This document shows positions 37,446 to 45,556 of a stretch of DNA of 45,556 nt, piece by piece. Both the position numbers and the translations under genes were made by a program. The DNA comes from an uncultured Bdellovibrionales bacterium (GTDB lineage: Bacteria; Patescibacteriota; Minisyncoccia; Moranbacterales; UBA2206), in the NCBI GenBank assembly GCA_964438025.1, contig CAYTIK010000001.1, positions 1 to 45,556 on the forward strand, given 5' to 3'. The notes under the pieces were generated by a model, which was not told where the DNA came from, did not search any database, and saw nothing but the letters and a program-made list of their open reading frames with translations. Each line of letters opens with the position of its first letter. The first letter of the stretch is position 1.

Positions 37446-39740
37446 AAGTTAGTTATCGTCGAGTCTCCCACCAAAGCCAAGACCATCGCCAAATTTTTAG
37501 GGAAAAAATATACTGTTAAATCTTCTTACGGCCACATTCGTGATTTGCCGGCCAAAGAAATGGGCATCGATATTCCCAATGATTTTGAGCCGCAATATGT
37601 TATTCCGCCCAAAGCCCAAGAGCGGGTAGCGGAACTGAAAAAATTGGCCGCCAAAGCGGACAAAGTGATTCTCGCGACTGATGAAGACCGTGAAGGCGAA
37701 GCCATTTCTTGGCATTTAGTAGAAGCCTTAGGATTGAAAAAATCCCAGAGCTATGAAAGAATCGCTTTTCACGAAATTACACCCAAAGCTATTGAAAAAG
37801 CGCTGACTAATCCGCGCGCCTTGGATTTGAATTTAATTGACGCTCAGCAAGCCAGAAGGATTTTGGATCGCCTGGTCGGTTTTGAACTTTCTCCGTTTCT
37901 TTGGAAAAAAATCCGCCGCGGGCTTTCCGCTGGCCGCGTCCAATCGGTAGCCCTGCGCTTAATCGTGGAAAGAGAAAAGGAAATTGAAAAATTTAAATCC
38001 GAAAAATTTTTTACCGTTGCCTCCAAACTGAAAACTGGCGATAAACAAGAAGTTTTTGACTCCAACCTAACCGAAATAGCCGGAGAAAAAATTGAACGAT
38101 CTCTGACTTTAAAACTATTTGCCGGCGATTACAAAATCAAAAAAACTCTCATTGATAGCCAGTCAAAGGCTGATGCCATTATCGCCGATTTAAAGCACGC
38201 CCAGTTTAAAGTCCAAAATATTACCGAAAAAGAAACTTTACGCTATCCTTCTCCGCCTTTTACCACTTCGACTCTCCAGCAAGCGGCAATTAGTGATTTA
38301 GGATTTTCTGCTAAATTTACTATGAGTATCGCGCAAAAAATTTATGAAAAAGGTTACATCACCTACATGCGTACCGACAGCCTGAATCTTTCTTTGGAAT
38401 CAATCCTCGCCGCGCAAAAAACTATCACTCAATTATTCGGAAAAAATTACGCGCTGCCTGACCCGAAATTTTATAAAACCAAATCTCAAGGCGCCCAAGA
38501 AGCGCACGAAGCCATCCGTCCGGCTTATCCTGACAAAACTCCGGATGATCTTAATGCTGAATTGGAGCCTAGCGAGCAAAAATTATATAGTCTCATTTGG
38601 AAACGCATGCTGGCTTCCCAGATGCAGCCGGCTATTTTTGATTCAGTCAAATTAGAAATTGAAGCTCTTGGTAAACAGAATTATTTATTACAGGCTAATG
38701 GATCAACAATAAAGTTCGCTGGTTATCTGAAAGTTTATCCTGCCCGCAATGCTACGCCCGCTCGCAACGATGTGGCGACTTCGGGCGAGCATAGCGTCGC
38801 AGGCGGGAATGGCAAAGCTAATGGCGAGAATCTCTTGCCTAAAATGAAAATCGGAGAAGCTTTAAGTTTGGTTGAAGCTCTCGCCGTCCAAAAAGAAACG
38901 TCCGATCCTCCGCGCTATAATGAAGCTACACTGGTAAAAGTTATGGAAGAAAATGGTATCGGCCGGCCATCCACTTATGCGCCGACTATTTCCACCATTT
39001 TGGAAAGAAAATATGTCGACAAAAACGAAGAAAAAAGATTATATCCGCTGGAAATCGGAACATTGGTCAATGATTTACTGGTAGCGCATTTTCCGGAAAT
39101 CGTGGATATTAAATTCACCGCTACTATCGAATTAGATTTTGATAAAATTGCTGAAGGCAAGCGGAAGTGGGTTCCAGTCATTGCTGAATTTTATAAGCCT
39201 TTCCATAAAAATTTGAAATCCAAAACTAAAGAAGTCAAAAAGGAAGATTTTCAGGAAAAGCTCGATCGACAATGCCCTACTTGTGGCGGCGATTTAATCA
39301 TGAAATTTGGTCGCTTTGGAAAATTCATCGCTTGCTCCAATTATCCGAATTGCCGTTTCACGGAAAAAACTGATGAAGAAAAAAAGATTGATGAAGAGCA
39401 TCAAGGAATAATTTGCGAAATTTGCGGCGCACCGATGGTAGTCAAGCGCGGCAAATTCGGAATTTTTTTAGGCTGCTCTAATTATCCGGAATGCAAGGGC
39501 ATCAAAAAAATAGAAAATAAAACCGGCGTTAAATGTCCGCAATGTGATAAAGGCGAAATTGTGGAAAGAAAAAGCCAAAAAGGCCGGGCTTTTTTTGGCT
39601 GCAATAATTACCCTGACTGCAAATTTGCCCTGTGGAGCAAGCCGAACGGAGAAAAATGCCCGCAATGCGGCTCCCTCTTAGTCTTTGCCGCTAAAGGCAT
39701 CGTCAAGTGTTCCGCTAAAGGATGTAATTTTAAGAAATAA
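37443..39740 (+). CDS. topA: DNA topoisomerase I with Zn-ribbon C-terminus
   Basis: LVIVESPTKAKTI, ATDEDREGE, SAGRVQS, ITYMRTD, AHEAIRP, GIGRPSTY; ATG at 37443. Confidence 0.98.
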   Translation: MKLVIVESPTKAKTIAKFLGKKYTVKSSYGHIRDLPAKEMGIDIPNDFEPQYVIPPKAQERVAELKKLAAKADKVILATDEDREGEAISWHLVEALGLKKSQSYERIAFHEITPKAIEKALTNPRALDLNLIDAQQARRILDRLVGFELSPFLWKKIRRGLSAGRVQSVALRLIVEREKEIEKFKSEKFFTVASKLKTGDKQEVFDSNLTEIAGEKIERSLTLKLFAGDYKIKKTLIDSQSKADAIIADLKHAQFKVQNITEKETLRYPSPPFTTSTLQQAAISDLGFSAKFTMSIAQKIYEKGYITYMRTDSLNLSLESILAAQKTITQLFGKNYALPDPKFYKTKSQGAQEAHEAIRPAYPDKTPDDLNAELEPSEQKLYSLIWKRMLASQMQPAIFDSVKLEIEALGKQNYLLQANGSTIKFAGYLKVYPARNATPARNDVATSGEHSVAGGNGKANGENLLPKMKIGEALSLVEALAVQKETSDPPRYNEATLVKVMEENGIGRPSTYAPTISTILERKYVDKNEEKRLYPLEIGTLVNDLLVAHFPEIVDIKFTATIELDFDKIAEGKRKWVPVIAEFYKPFHKNLKSKTKEVKKEDFQEKLDRQCPTCGGDLIMKFGRFGKFIACSNYPNCRFTEKTDEEKKIDEEHQGIICEICGAPMVVKRGKFGIFLGCSNYPECKGIKKIENKTGVKCPQCDKGEIVERKSQKGRAFFGCNNYPDCKFALWSKPNGEKCPQCGSLLVFAAKGIVKCSAKGCNFKK
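38739..38807. repeat. Nested palindromic insert (69 nt) in the topA reading frame
   Basis: Outer 36-nt hairpin split by an inner 33-nt hairpin; translates PARNATPARNDVATSGEHSVAGG. Confidence 0.85.
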
Positions 39741-39752
39741 AAAGAATAAATT

Positions 39753-40484
39753 TTACTTGCGATTATCATTTCTAAACTCCAGCTCTCTGAAAGACTGGGG
39801 AGTTTTAGAAGCAGACAGCCAATAGCGGTATTGCTTTATCAATGCTCCCAACCCTAGCCCATGGGAATGAGCTACCGAAAATTTAGCATCTTTCACGGCA
39901 ACATAACCTTTTTCGAACCAATGCCTGGCCCAAGCTTCATCTTCCCCGCCCCAGCCATATCTTTCATCAAATTTATGTATTTCCCATAAATCTCTGCGGA
40001 TTATGGCGTGCGTAAATCCCATCACACCCATCCTAGCTTTATTAACCGTAACTTTGCGGTTTAACAGCAAGGCTAATTTTATCTTAAAATTATTGAAGCA
40101 AACTTTTTCCCACCAAGTGCCATCCGGCAGGGCTCGTATTCCTCCGTAAACCCCCAGAATTTTATCACTAGTAAAATTTTTTATCCCATCTTCCAGCCAA
40201 GTTTTGGAAAGCGGCAAAGAATGTCCGCTTAAGAATACGAAATATTTAGTGGCCTCCGCCTTACTGCAACCATAATTAAGAGCTGCTGGGAAAGAAAATT
40301 CTTCCGGTTCAATTTGAAACAACCTGGTGGGAAATTTCTGGATTATTTCCAGCGTCTTGTCAGTCGAGCCGGAGTCGACAATGATTATTTCAAAATCCCG
40401 GTAAGTTTGTTCGATAAGTCTTTTTAAAACCTCCCCGATCCATTTTTCTTCATCTTTTGTCCTGATAATTATAGCTGTTTCCAT
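39753..40484 (-). CDS. Glycosyltransferase family 2
   Basis: IIIRTKDE, EIIIVDSGSTD, ALNYG, FDE...GED. Confidence 0.9.
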   Translation of the reverse strand: METAIIIRTKDEEKWIGEVLKRLIEQTYRDFEIIIVDSGSTDKTLEIIQKFPTRLFQIEPEEFSFPAALNYGCSKAEATKYFVFLSGHSLPLSKTWLEDGIKNFTSDKILGVYGGIRALPDGTWWEKVCFNNFKIKLALLLNRKVTVNKARMGVMGFTHAIIRRDLWEIHKFDERYGWGGEDEAWARHWFEKGYVAVKDAKFSVAHSHGLGLGALIKQYRYWLSASKTPQSFRELEFRNDNRK

Positions 40485-40660
40485 AAGCGTTTATCCTTGA
40501 TTTTAAGCTGCTTAAATTATACCATAAAAAATTCCAACAATGTTAACTTACTAAAAGACAGCTTCTCTTTTTGCCATGGTCCAAAATTTGGCCAAAGACC
40601 CTCTTTCCTTATTCCCTAGTTCTGATTATAATAAATATGTTCCTAAATCCATCCTTAAAT

Positions 40661-42175
40661 ATGGCACTGACTATTGAAGATGTCTTCAAAAATTTAAGAG
40701 TTGAATTAAATCCTGACAGAAAAGAACTGATTTTAAGGGCTTACGAATTCGCCAAAAAAGCGCATGCAAGCCAAAAAAGGAAAAATGGTGAGGATTATAT
40801 TCAACACGCTCTCCATACGGCAGCTAATGTCGCCCGCATTGGCATGCGTTCCAAAACAATTGCCGCCAGCCTTTTGCATGATGTGCCGGAAGACACCAGC
40901 GTCACTTTGCGGGAAATCGAAGAAAAATTCGGCAAAGAAATCGCCTTTATCGTTAGCGGCATCACTAAATTGGGCCGTATCAAGCTGCGGGAAACCCGGG
41001 AAGAACTTTATCTGGAAAATTTGCGCCGGATGTTTTTGGCTATGGCTTCGGATATCCGTGTGGTTATTATTAAACTGGCTGACCGCTTGCACAATATGGA
41101 AACTTTAGATTCTTTGCCAGCAGAAAAAATAAAAAGGATTGCCCTGGAAACTATGGAAATTTTTGTACCGATCGCCAATCGGCTGGGTATCGGCGATGTC
41201 AAAACCAAATTGGAAGACCTGGCTTTCAAATATCTGGAACCGGAAAATTACGAAAAAATCAAGAAACTGGAAGAAACCGAATACGAACAAATGGAAAAAA
41301 ACATGGAACTGGTGGTTTCCGAATTAAAAAAAGAATTAAAAAAAGAAGGGATAAATTTTATTGATATTTCCGGCCGGGCCAAATCGCTTTACCGGCTCTT
41401 TGTCAAGCTCAAGGATCATAACATGGACATCCATAAGATTTATGATTTGGCCGGCATCCGCATCATCGTGCCGTCCATTTCCGACTGTTATGAAACTCTG
41501 GGCATTGTCCATCGGATATATCATCCGCTGATCGGCCGCATCAAGGATTATATCTCTTTGCCTAAGCCTAACGGCTATCAATCCATCCATACGACAATTT
41601 TTGCCCCGGAAGGTAAATTTTTGGAAGTGCAGATCCGCACCCAGCAGATGCATGATGAATCCGAATTCGGCATCGCTGCCCATTGGATCTATAGCGAGCA
41701 TAAAAAAGATTGGCGGGATTTTTTCACTTTTGGCAAGAAAAAGATTGTTCCCGAAGAAGAATTGACCTGGATCAAGCAACTCAAAGATTGGCAGACGGAA
41801 ATCGGCAAAGATAACAAGGAATTTTTGGAAGATTTAAAAATCGATTTTTTTAAAAACCACATTTTCGCTTTCACCCCTCGCGGCGAAGTCATCGATCTGC
41901 CGGAAGAATCTACGCCGATTGATTTTGCCTATCATGTCCACAGTGAAATTGGCAATCGAACTACCGGCGCCAAGGTAGACGGGAAAATGGTACCGCTGGA
42001 TTATAAGATCAGAAATGGAGAAGTAGTGGAAATCATCACCTCTCGCGATCCAAAAAAACCCAGCCGCGACTGGCTACGCTTCGTGAAAACTTCGGTAGCT
42101 AAAAGTCACATCCGCAAGAATCTGAAAGAAGATCCGTCTTCCGGCTTAAGAAATTTTTTCCAAAATAGATTTTAA
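40661..42175 (+). CDS. rel: RelA/SpoT (p)ppGpp synthetase/hydrolase (HD, synthetase, TGS)
   Basis: LLHDVPED, KLADRLHNM, GRAKS, KDYI..PKPNGYQSIHT, EVQIRT, FTPRG, DFAY.VH; start uncertain (40637 or 40661). Confidence 0.93.
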   Translation: MALTIEDVFKNLRVELNPDRKELILRAYEFAKKAHASQKRKNGEDYIQHALHTAANVARIGMRSKTIAASLLHDVPEDTSVTLREIEEKFGKEIAFIVSGITKLGRIKLRETREELYLENLRRMFLAMASDIRVVIIKLADRLHNMETLDSLPAEKIKRIALETMEIFVPIANRLGIGDVKTKLEDLAFKYLEPENYEKIKKLEETEYEQMEKNMELVVSELKKELKKEGINFIDISGRAKSLYRLFVKLKDHNMDIHKIYDLAGIRIIVPSISDCYETLGIVHRIYHPLIGRIKDYISLPKPNGYQSIHTTIFAPEGKFLEVQIRTQQMHDESEFGIAAHWIYSEHKKDWRDFFTFGKKKIVPEEELTWIKQLKDWQTEIGKDNKEFLEDLKIDFFKNHIFAFTPRGEVIDLPEESTPIDFAYHVHSEIGNRTTGAKVDGKMVPLDYKIRNGEVVEIITSRDPKKPSRDWLRFVKTSVAKSHIRKNLKEDPSSGLRNFFQNRF

Positions 42176-43054
42176 TTCTTCAGGAGAATAATATTCAATG
42201 ACAATTTTTCCTCCTTGTCCGGCTTTTTGCAATTTAACCTTAGTTCCCAGGGTGCCCGTTAGCCTGTCTTCTACTTCTTTTACTTCCGGATCAATATTGA
42301 CCAAACGTTTATGCTTTCTGACGGAAATTTCCTTGGTTTTACTTTCTACCTGTCTGACCGTTAAATTATTTTTCAAAATCAATTCAAATAAGGCGCGCTG
42401 TTTTTCCGGATCTGCAATCGCTAAAATCGCTTTAGCATGGCCTTCGGTTATCTTTTCCTCTTGCAACGCCCGTTGAATTTCAGCCGGTAATTGTAATAAT
42501 CTCAACTTATTAGCTACCGCGCTGCGGCTTTTGCCGACTTTCTCGGCCACTTCTTCTTGGCTTAGGCCGAATTCTTGGGAAAGTTTTTGGTAAGAATCCG
42601 CTTCTTCTATTGGATTCAAATCGTGCCGCTGAATATTTTCAATAATAGCCAATTCCAATTTTTGTTGTTCATTGGCTTCACGAATAATTACCGGCACTTT
42701 GGTTAATCCCGCCAGTTTCGCTGCTTTCAACCTCCGTTCACCGGCGATTATTTCCAATCGTCCGCCGCGCGCTGTTACCAATATCGGTTGGATAATACCG
42801 TTCTTTTTTATGGAGTTGGCTAATTCTTGAATTTTTTCCGTGTTAAAATCTTTCCGAGGCTGATGTGGATTAGCAATAATCTTAAAAATTTCCACTTCTT
42901 CCACTTTTTGGCCTTCCGTCAAAAGAAACGGAGAAACCTTGGGATTGGCGACTTTTGCGCCGAAATAATTAAAATTATCCGCCGGTTTAGAAATTTTACT
43001 CTTGGGCGGAATCAGCGAAGATAATCCCCGGCCGAGTCCAAAATTTTGAGACAT
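42146..43054 (-). CDS. parB: Chromosome partitioning protein ParB
   Basis: GLGRGL, NPHQPR, IIAGERR, ENIQR.DLNPIEEA; ATG at 43054. Confidence 0.96.
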   Translation of the reverse strand: MSQNFGLGRGLSSLIPPKSKISKPADNFNYFGAKVANPKVSPFLLTEGQKVEEVEIFKIIANPHQPRKDFNTEKIQELANSIKKNGIIQPILVTARGGRLEIIAGERRLKAAKLAGLTKVPVIIREANEQQKLELAIIENIQRHDLNPIEEADSYQKLSQEFGLSQEEVAEKVGKSRSAVANKLRLLQLPAEIQRALQEEKITEGHAKAILAIADPEKQRALFELILKNNLTVRQVESKTKEISVRKHKRLVNIDPEVKEVEDRLTGTLGTKVKLQKAGQGGKIVIEYYSPEELKSILEKIS

Positions 43055-43063
43055 ACTAATTAG

Positions 43064-43153
43064 AAATTCCAAATCCCAAATTCCAAATCCCAAACATTTT
43101 TAATTCAAACTCTCGCTTTTTGTTTAGTATTTCGATATTCGGATTTCGGATTT
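43064..43153. repeat. Inverted pair of heptamer arrays between parA and parB
   Basis: aaattcc aaatccc aaattcc aaatccc ... tatttcg atattcg gatttcg gattt. Confidence 0.7.
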
Positions 43154-43163
43154 TTTATATTAA

Positions 43164-43955
43164 TTATATTGTAAAACTTTTTTGGCTGTTGGCTTTTTCT
43201 AGTTCAATCACTTCCCGTGCTAGATTTTTATACGCCCGCGCGCCTTTGGAAAAAGCGTCAAAGCCTAGGATGGATTTACCGAAGCCCGGCGCTTCCGCCA
43301 GGCGGATGCTGCGCGGGATGATGCTGTCAAAAACATGCCCGGGAAAATGGTCCTGTACTTCTTTGACGACCTGGCGGGCTAGGCGATTGCGCTTGTCATA
43401 CATCGTGAGCAGCGCTCCTTTAATTTTTAATTCCGGTTGTAAATTTTCTTTAACTAAATTAATAGTGTTGAGTAATTGGCTCAATCCCTCTAACGCGAAA
43501 TATTCCGTTTGTACCGGAATGATAACTTCATCGCTAGCGACTAAACCATTGATGGTCAATAAGCCCAGGCTCGGTGGAGAATCAATAATGATAAAATCAT
43601 AATTGGTCCGTACTTCTCGGAGCACATTATACAGGCGAAATTCCCGATTTTCCATATGCACCATTTCAATGCCGGCTCCGGCCAAATCCTGGGAAGCGGG
43701 AATGATATCTAAACCTAAAGTGGAAGTTTTCAAAATAATTTGCGCTGGCGATTCGTTTATAATCATCGCGTGATACAGGCTTTTTTCAATCTGGCGGATA
43801 TCCAAGCCCAATCCGGAAGAAGCATTGCCTTGCGGATCCAAATCTACCAGCAATACAAATTTTCCGGCGGACGCTAAACATGTCGCCAAGTTGATTGCCG
43901 ACGTAGTTTTTCCAACTCCGCCTTTCTGATTGACGAGTGAAATAATCTTTGCCAT
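43164..43955 (-). CDS. parA: ParA/Soj ATPase
   Basis: NQKGGVGKTT, DLDPQGN, IDSPP, LAEAP. Confidence 0.97.
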   Translation of the reverse strand: MAKIISLVNQKGGVGKTTSAINLATCLASAGKFVLLVDLDPQGNASSGLGLDIRQIEKSLYHAMIINESPAQIILKTSTLGLDIIPASQDLAGAGIEMVHMENREFRLYNVLREVRTNYDFIIIDSPPSLGLLTINGLVASDEVIIPVQTEYFALEGLSQLLNTINLVKENLQPELKIKGALLTMYDKRNRLARQVVKEVQDHFPGHVFDSIIPRSIRLAEAPGFGKSILGFDAFSKGARAYKNLAREVIELEKANSQKSFTI

Positions 43956-44019
43956 AATGCTTGAGTATATTATACTATATTTAGAGGAAAAATAGAAAAA
44001 ATATTGCTAAGCCGAGATG

Positions 44020-44103
44020 GCCCAAGTGGCGGAATTGGTATACGCGTACGACTCAAAATCGTATAGGAGCAATCCTATGAGAGTTCAAGTCTCTCCTTGG
44101 GCA
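44020..44103 (+). tRNA. tRNA-Leu(CAA)
   Basis: Acceptor GCCCAAG/CTTGGGC, anticodon arm TACGA-CT-CAA-AA-TCGTA, long variable arm, T arm GAGAG-TTCAAGT-CTCTC; CCA not encoded. Confidence 0.95.
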
Positions 44104-44116
44104 CAATAATTATCTT

Positions 44117-44181
44117 GGGTTTCCGCCGCCCAAGCGGACGGATCCCGCCGGATGGCGAGACGACTCCCTTCCTCGGCACCA
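44117..44181 (+). pseudogene. 3' fragment of a second tRNA with a 39-nt palindromic insert in the T loop
   Basis: GGGTT[44122-44160]CGACTCCCTTCCTCGGCACCA. Confidence 0.6.
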
Positions 44182-44230
44182 GTAAAAATATTAAAAAACG
44201 CTTATTGGCGTTTTTTGTTTTAATAAAAAA

Positions 44231-44263
44231 TGGCATGGGGAGCGACGAGACGCTTCCCATGCC
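44231..44263 (-). terminator. Intrinsic terminator
   Basis: ggcatggggagcg...cgcttcccatgcc with A tract on the left. Confidence 0.6.
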
Positions 44264-44283
44264 GGAGGTTTAAAAATGAGCTC

Positions 44284-44526
44284 TTAAATGCCCCATGCCA
44301 CCAGAGGTTCTTTTCGCACCATTCTTATTTTTCTCCTCGGACTATTTCCGCTGCACTTTTCATAATTGGTTTGTCCTGAACCATCGCGAACCACTCCTTC
44401 TTGACAAGTCCCATTGCCTACATGATATCCGCAAACAGGTGTTTTTTGCGTGAATAGGCATCTGCTTTTACATTTTTTGTCATCAATAATTCCCACATCC
44501 GATGCGACTCCTCCACCTCTTGGCAT
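44284..44526 (-). CDS. Small Cys-rich hypothetical protein (80 aa)
   Basis: SD GAGGAGG; five Cys; terminator downstream. Confidence 0.6.
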   Translation of the reverse strand: MPRGGGVASDVGIIDDKKCKSRCLFTQKTPVCGYHVGNGTCQEGVVRDGSGQTNYEKCSGNSPRRKIRMVRKEPLVAWGI

Positions 44527-44554
44527 AAGCTATTCCTCCTCTTTTTTTGTTTTA

Positions 44555-44650
44555 CCGCTCGGACCATCCGAACGGCACTAAAAAATCCGCTTGCGGGCGG
44601 ATAATTTTCTTTTGGTTATTTGAGAAAAATTATGTTAATCCGCCCGGTGA
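44555..44650 (-). promoter_or_regulatory. Candidate attenuator (terminator/antiterminator)
   Basis: Minus strand AUCCGC-ccgcaa-GCGGAU-UUUUU competes with upstream CGGGCGGAU. Confidence 0.5.
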
Positions 44651-44757
44651 AAAACTACCCAAAATAATCAGGTTAAAAATCCACAAGGATAAATTTTTCG
44701 TTGAGCTTTTTAACATATTTTAATTATAAGGATAATTTGAAAAGTGTCAAATTCTGT

Positions 44758-45556
44758 CTATTTTTTACTCGCTAGATAAGTATTTCTCAAGAGACAAGCG
44801 ATGGTGACTGGACCGATGCCGCCAGGCACGGGTGTTAAGAAAGCCGCTTTCTTTTTGACGGAAGCAAAATCCACGTCCCCTAAAACTTTCTGACCTTTTT
44901 TCGTAATTCCCCCGTCCACGATAATTACACCTGGTTTTATCATTTTATCCGTTATCAATCCCGGCTGGCCGACAGCCGAAATAATAATATCGGCTTTTTG
45001 TACTTTTTCAATATTTTTATTCAATTCCTTGGATAAAAGATATGCTCCGGATATTTTTTTCTTCCCAAGAGTATTCGCCATTACCTCGCCGAATTTTTCC
45101 GAATTGGTAATCACTAGAGCTTTTTTATTTTGAAGTTTTACCCGGCTGGAAAGCAGTATTTCCAGAATGGCTTGCGGAAAAACCGGCTGCAGATTGGCAG
45201 TATTTTTAGCGGAAAATCCATCTGCATCTTTTCGTGGATCAATGGCGTTAATTATCTTTTGCGTCTGGAAATTTTTGGGCAACGGCAACTGGACAATCAT
45301 CCCGCTGATTTTTTTATCGGCGTTTAATTCTTGGATTTTTTTGATTATTCTCGTTTCTTTAATTTTTGCAGAAAATTGAAAAAGCTGAAAATTGATCCCA
45401 TTTTTTTCCGCCGCTTTTTTCTTGAGCTTCACGTATAATTGAGATGCTTTGTCATTGCCGACTAAAATAACCGCCAAGCCTGGCTTGTTTTTATCAGCAC
45501 TTATTTTTTTCTTCAAATCCCCAAGAATCTTATCCGCGATTTTTTTACCTTTCAAA
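44758..45556 (-). CDS. folD: Methylenetetrahydrofolate dehydrogenase/cyclohydrolase (5' end probably outside the window)
   Basis: PGLAVILVG, S.LYV, VQLPLP, KDADG, GDVD, TPVPGGIGPVT. Confidence 0.95.
   Translation of the reverse strand, partial: LKGKKIADKILGDLKKKISADKNKPGLAVILVGNDKASQLYVKLKKKAAEKNGINFQLFQFSAKIKETRIIKKIQELNADKKISGMIVQLPLPKNFQTQKIINAIDPRKDADGFSAKNTANLQPVFPQAILEILLSSRVKLQNKKALVITNSEKFGEVMANTLGKKKISGAYLLSKELNKNIEKVQKADIIISAVGQPGLITDKMIKPGVIIVDGGITKKGQKVLGDVDFASVKKKAAFLTPVPGGIGPVTIACLLRNTYLASKK

Noticed and set aside
44075-44260. 61-aa minus-strand ORF
   Set aside because: Antisense translation of the tRNA, the tRNA remnant and terminators.
1-45556. Genetic code 25 (TGA = Gly)
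   Set aside because: Only one internal TGA was noticed; long genes are intact under code 11 and nrdR terminates on TGA at its normal length.
1-45556. CRISPR array
   Set aside because: No regularly spaced repeats with unique spacers and no cas genes.

Overview
45.6-kb AT-rich bacterial chromosome segment. The gene repertoire and style (Shine-Dalgarno-less core genes, many short GC-rich palindromes, heptamer arrays) suggest a Patescibacteria/CPR organism; this is inference, not a computed placement. TGA is used as a stop (e.g. nrdR), so code 11 is assumed. Core backbone, mostly minus strand: comEC (truncated), nrdG-nrdD-nrdR, rmuC, ftsZ-ftsA, dgkA-ybeY, yqeY-rpsU-hisS-lepB, LCP-pth, dprA-topA, rel, parB-parA, tRNA-Leu(CAA), folD (truncated). 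Two defence-like blocks are interleaved: (i) LexA-like repressor - PIN-like protein - DUF3467 - DpnA-type MTase - MutH/Sau3AI-like nuclease (6.7-9.6 kb); (ii) RhuM/Fic - AbrB - NPPY MTase - Tsp45I-like REase - two more PD-(D/E)XK nucleases - XRE - frameshifted ImmA/IrrE - 37-aa peptide (19.2-25.7 kb). Most notable observations: the same palindrome AGTGATA-N3-TATCACT plus a perfect DnaA box in front of both methylase/nuclease operons (candidate LexA-controlled restriction-modification regulon); nested frame-preserving palindromic inserts inside topA and hisS; two structured 5' leaders in front of small orphan genes (one exposing an anti-SD loop, one with terminator/antiterminator); remnants of a second tRNA wrapped around tRNA-Leu; and a 129-bp MITE-like element. 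All family calls are by motif recognition by eye; no searches were run.
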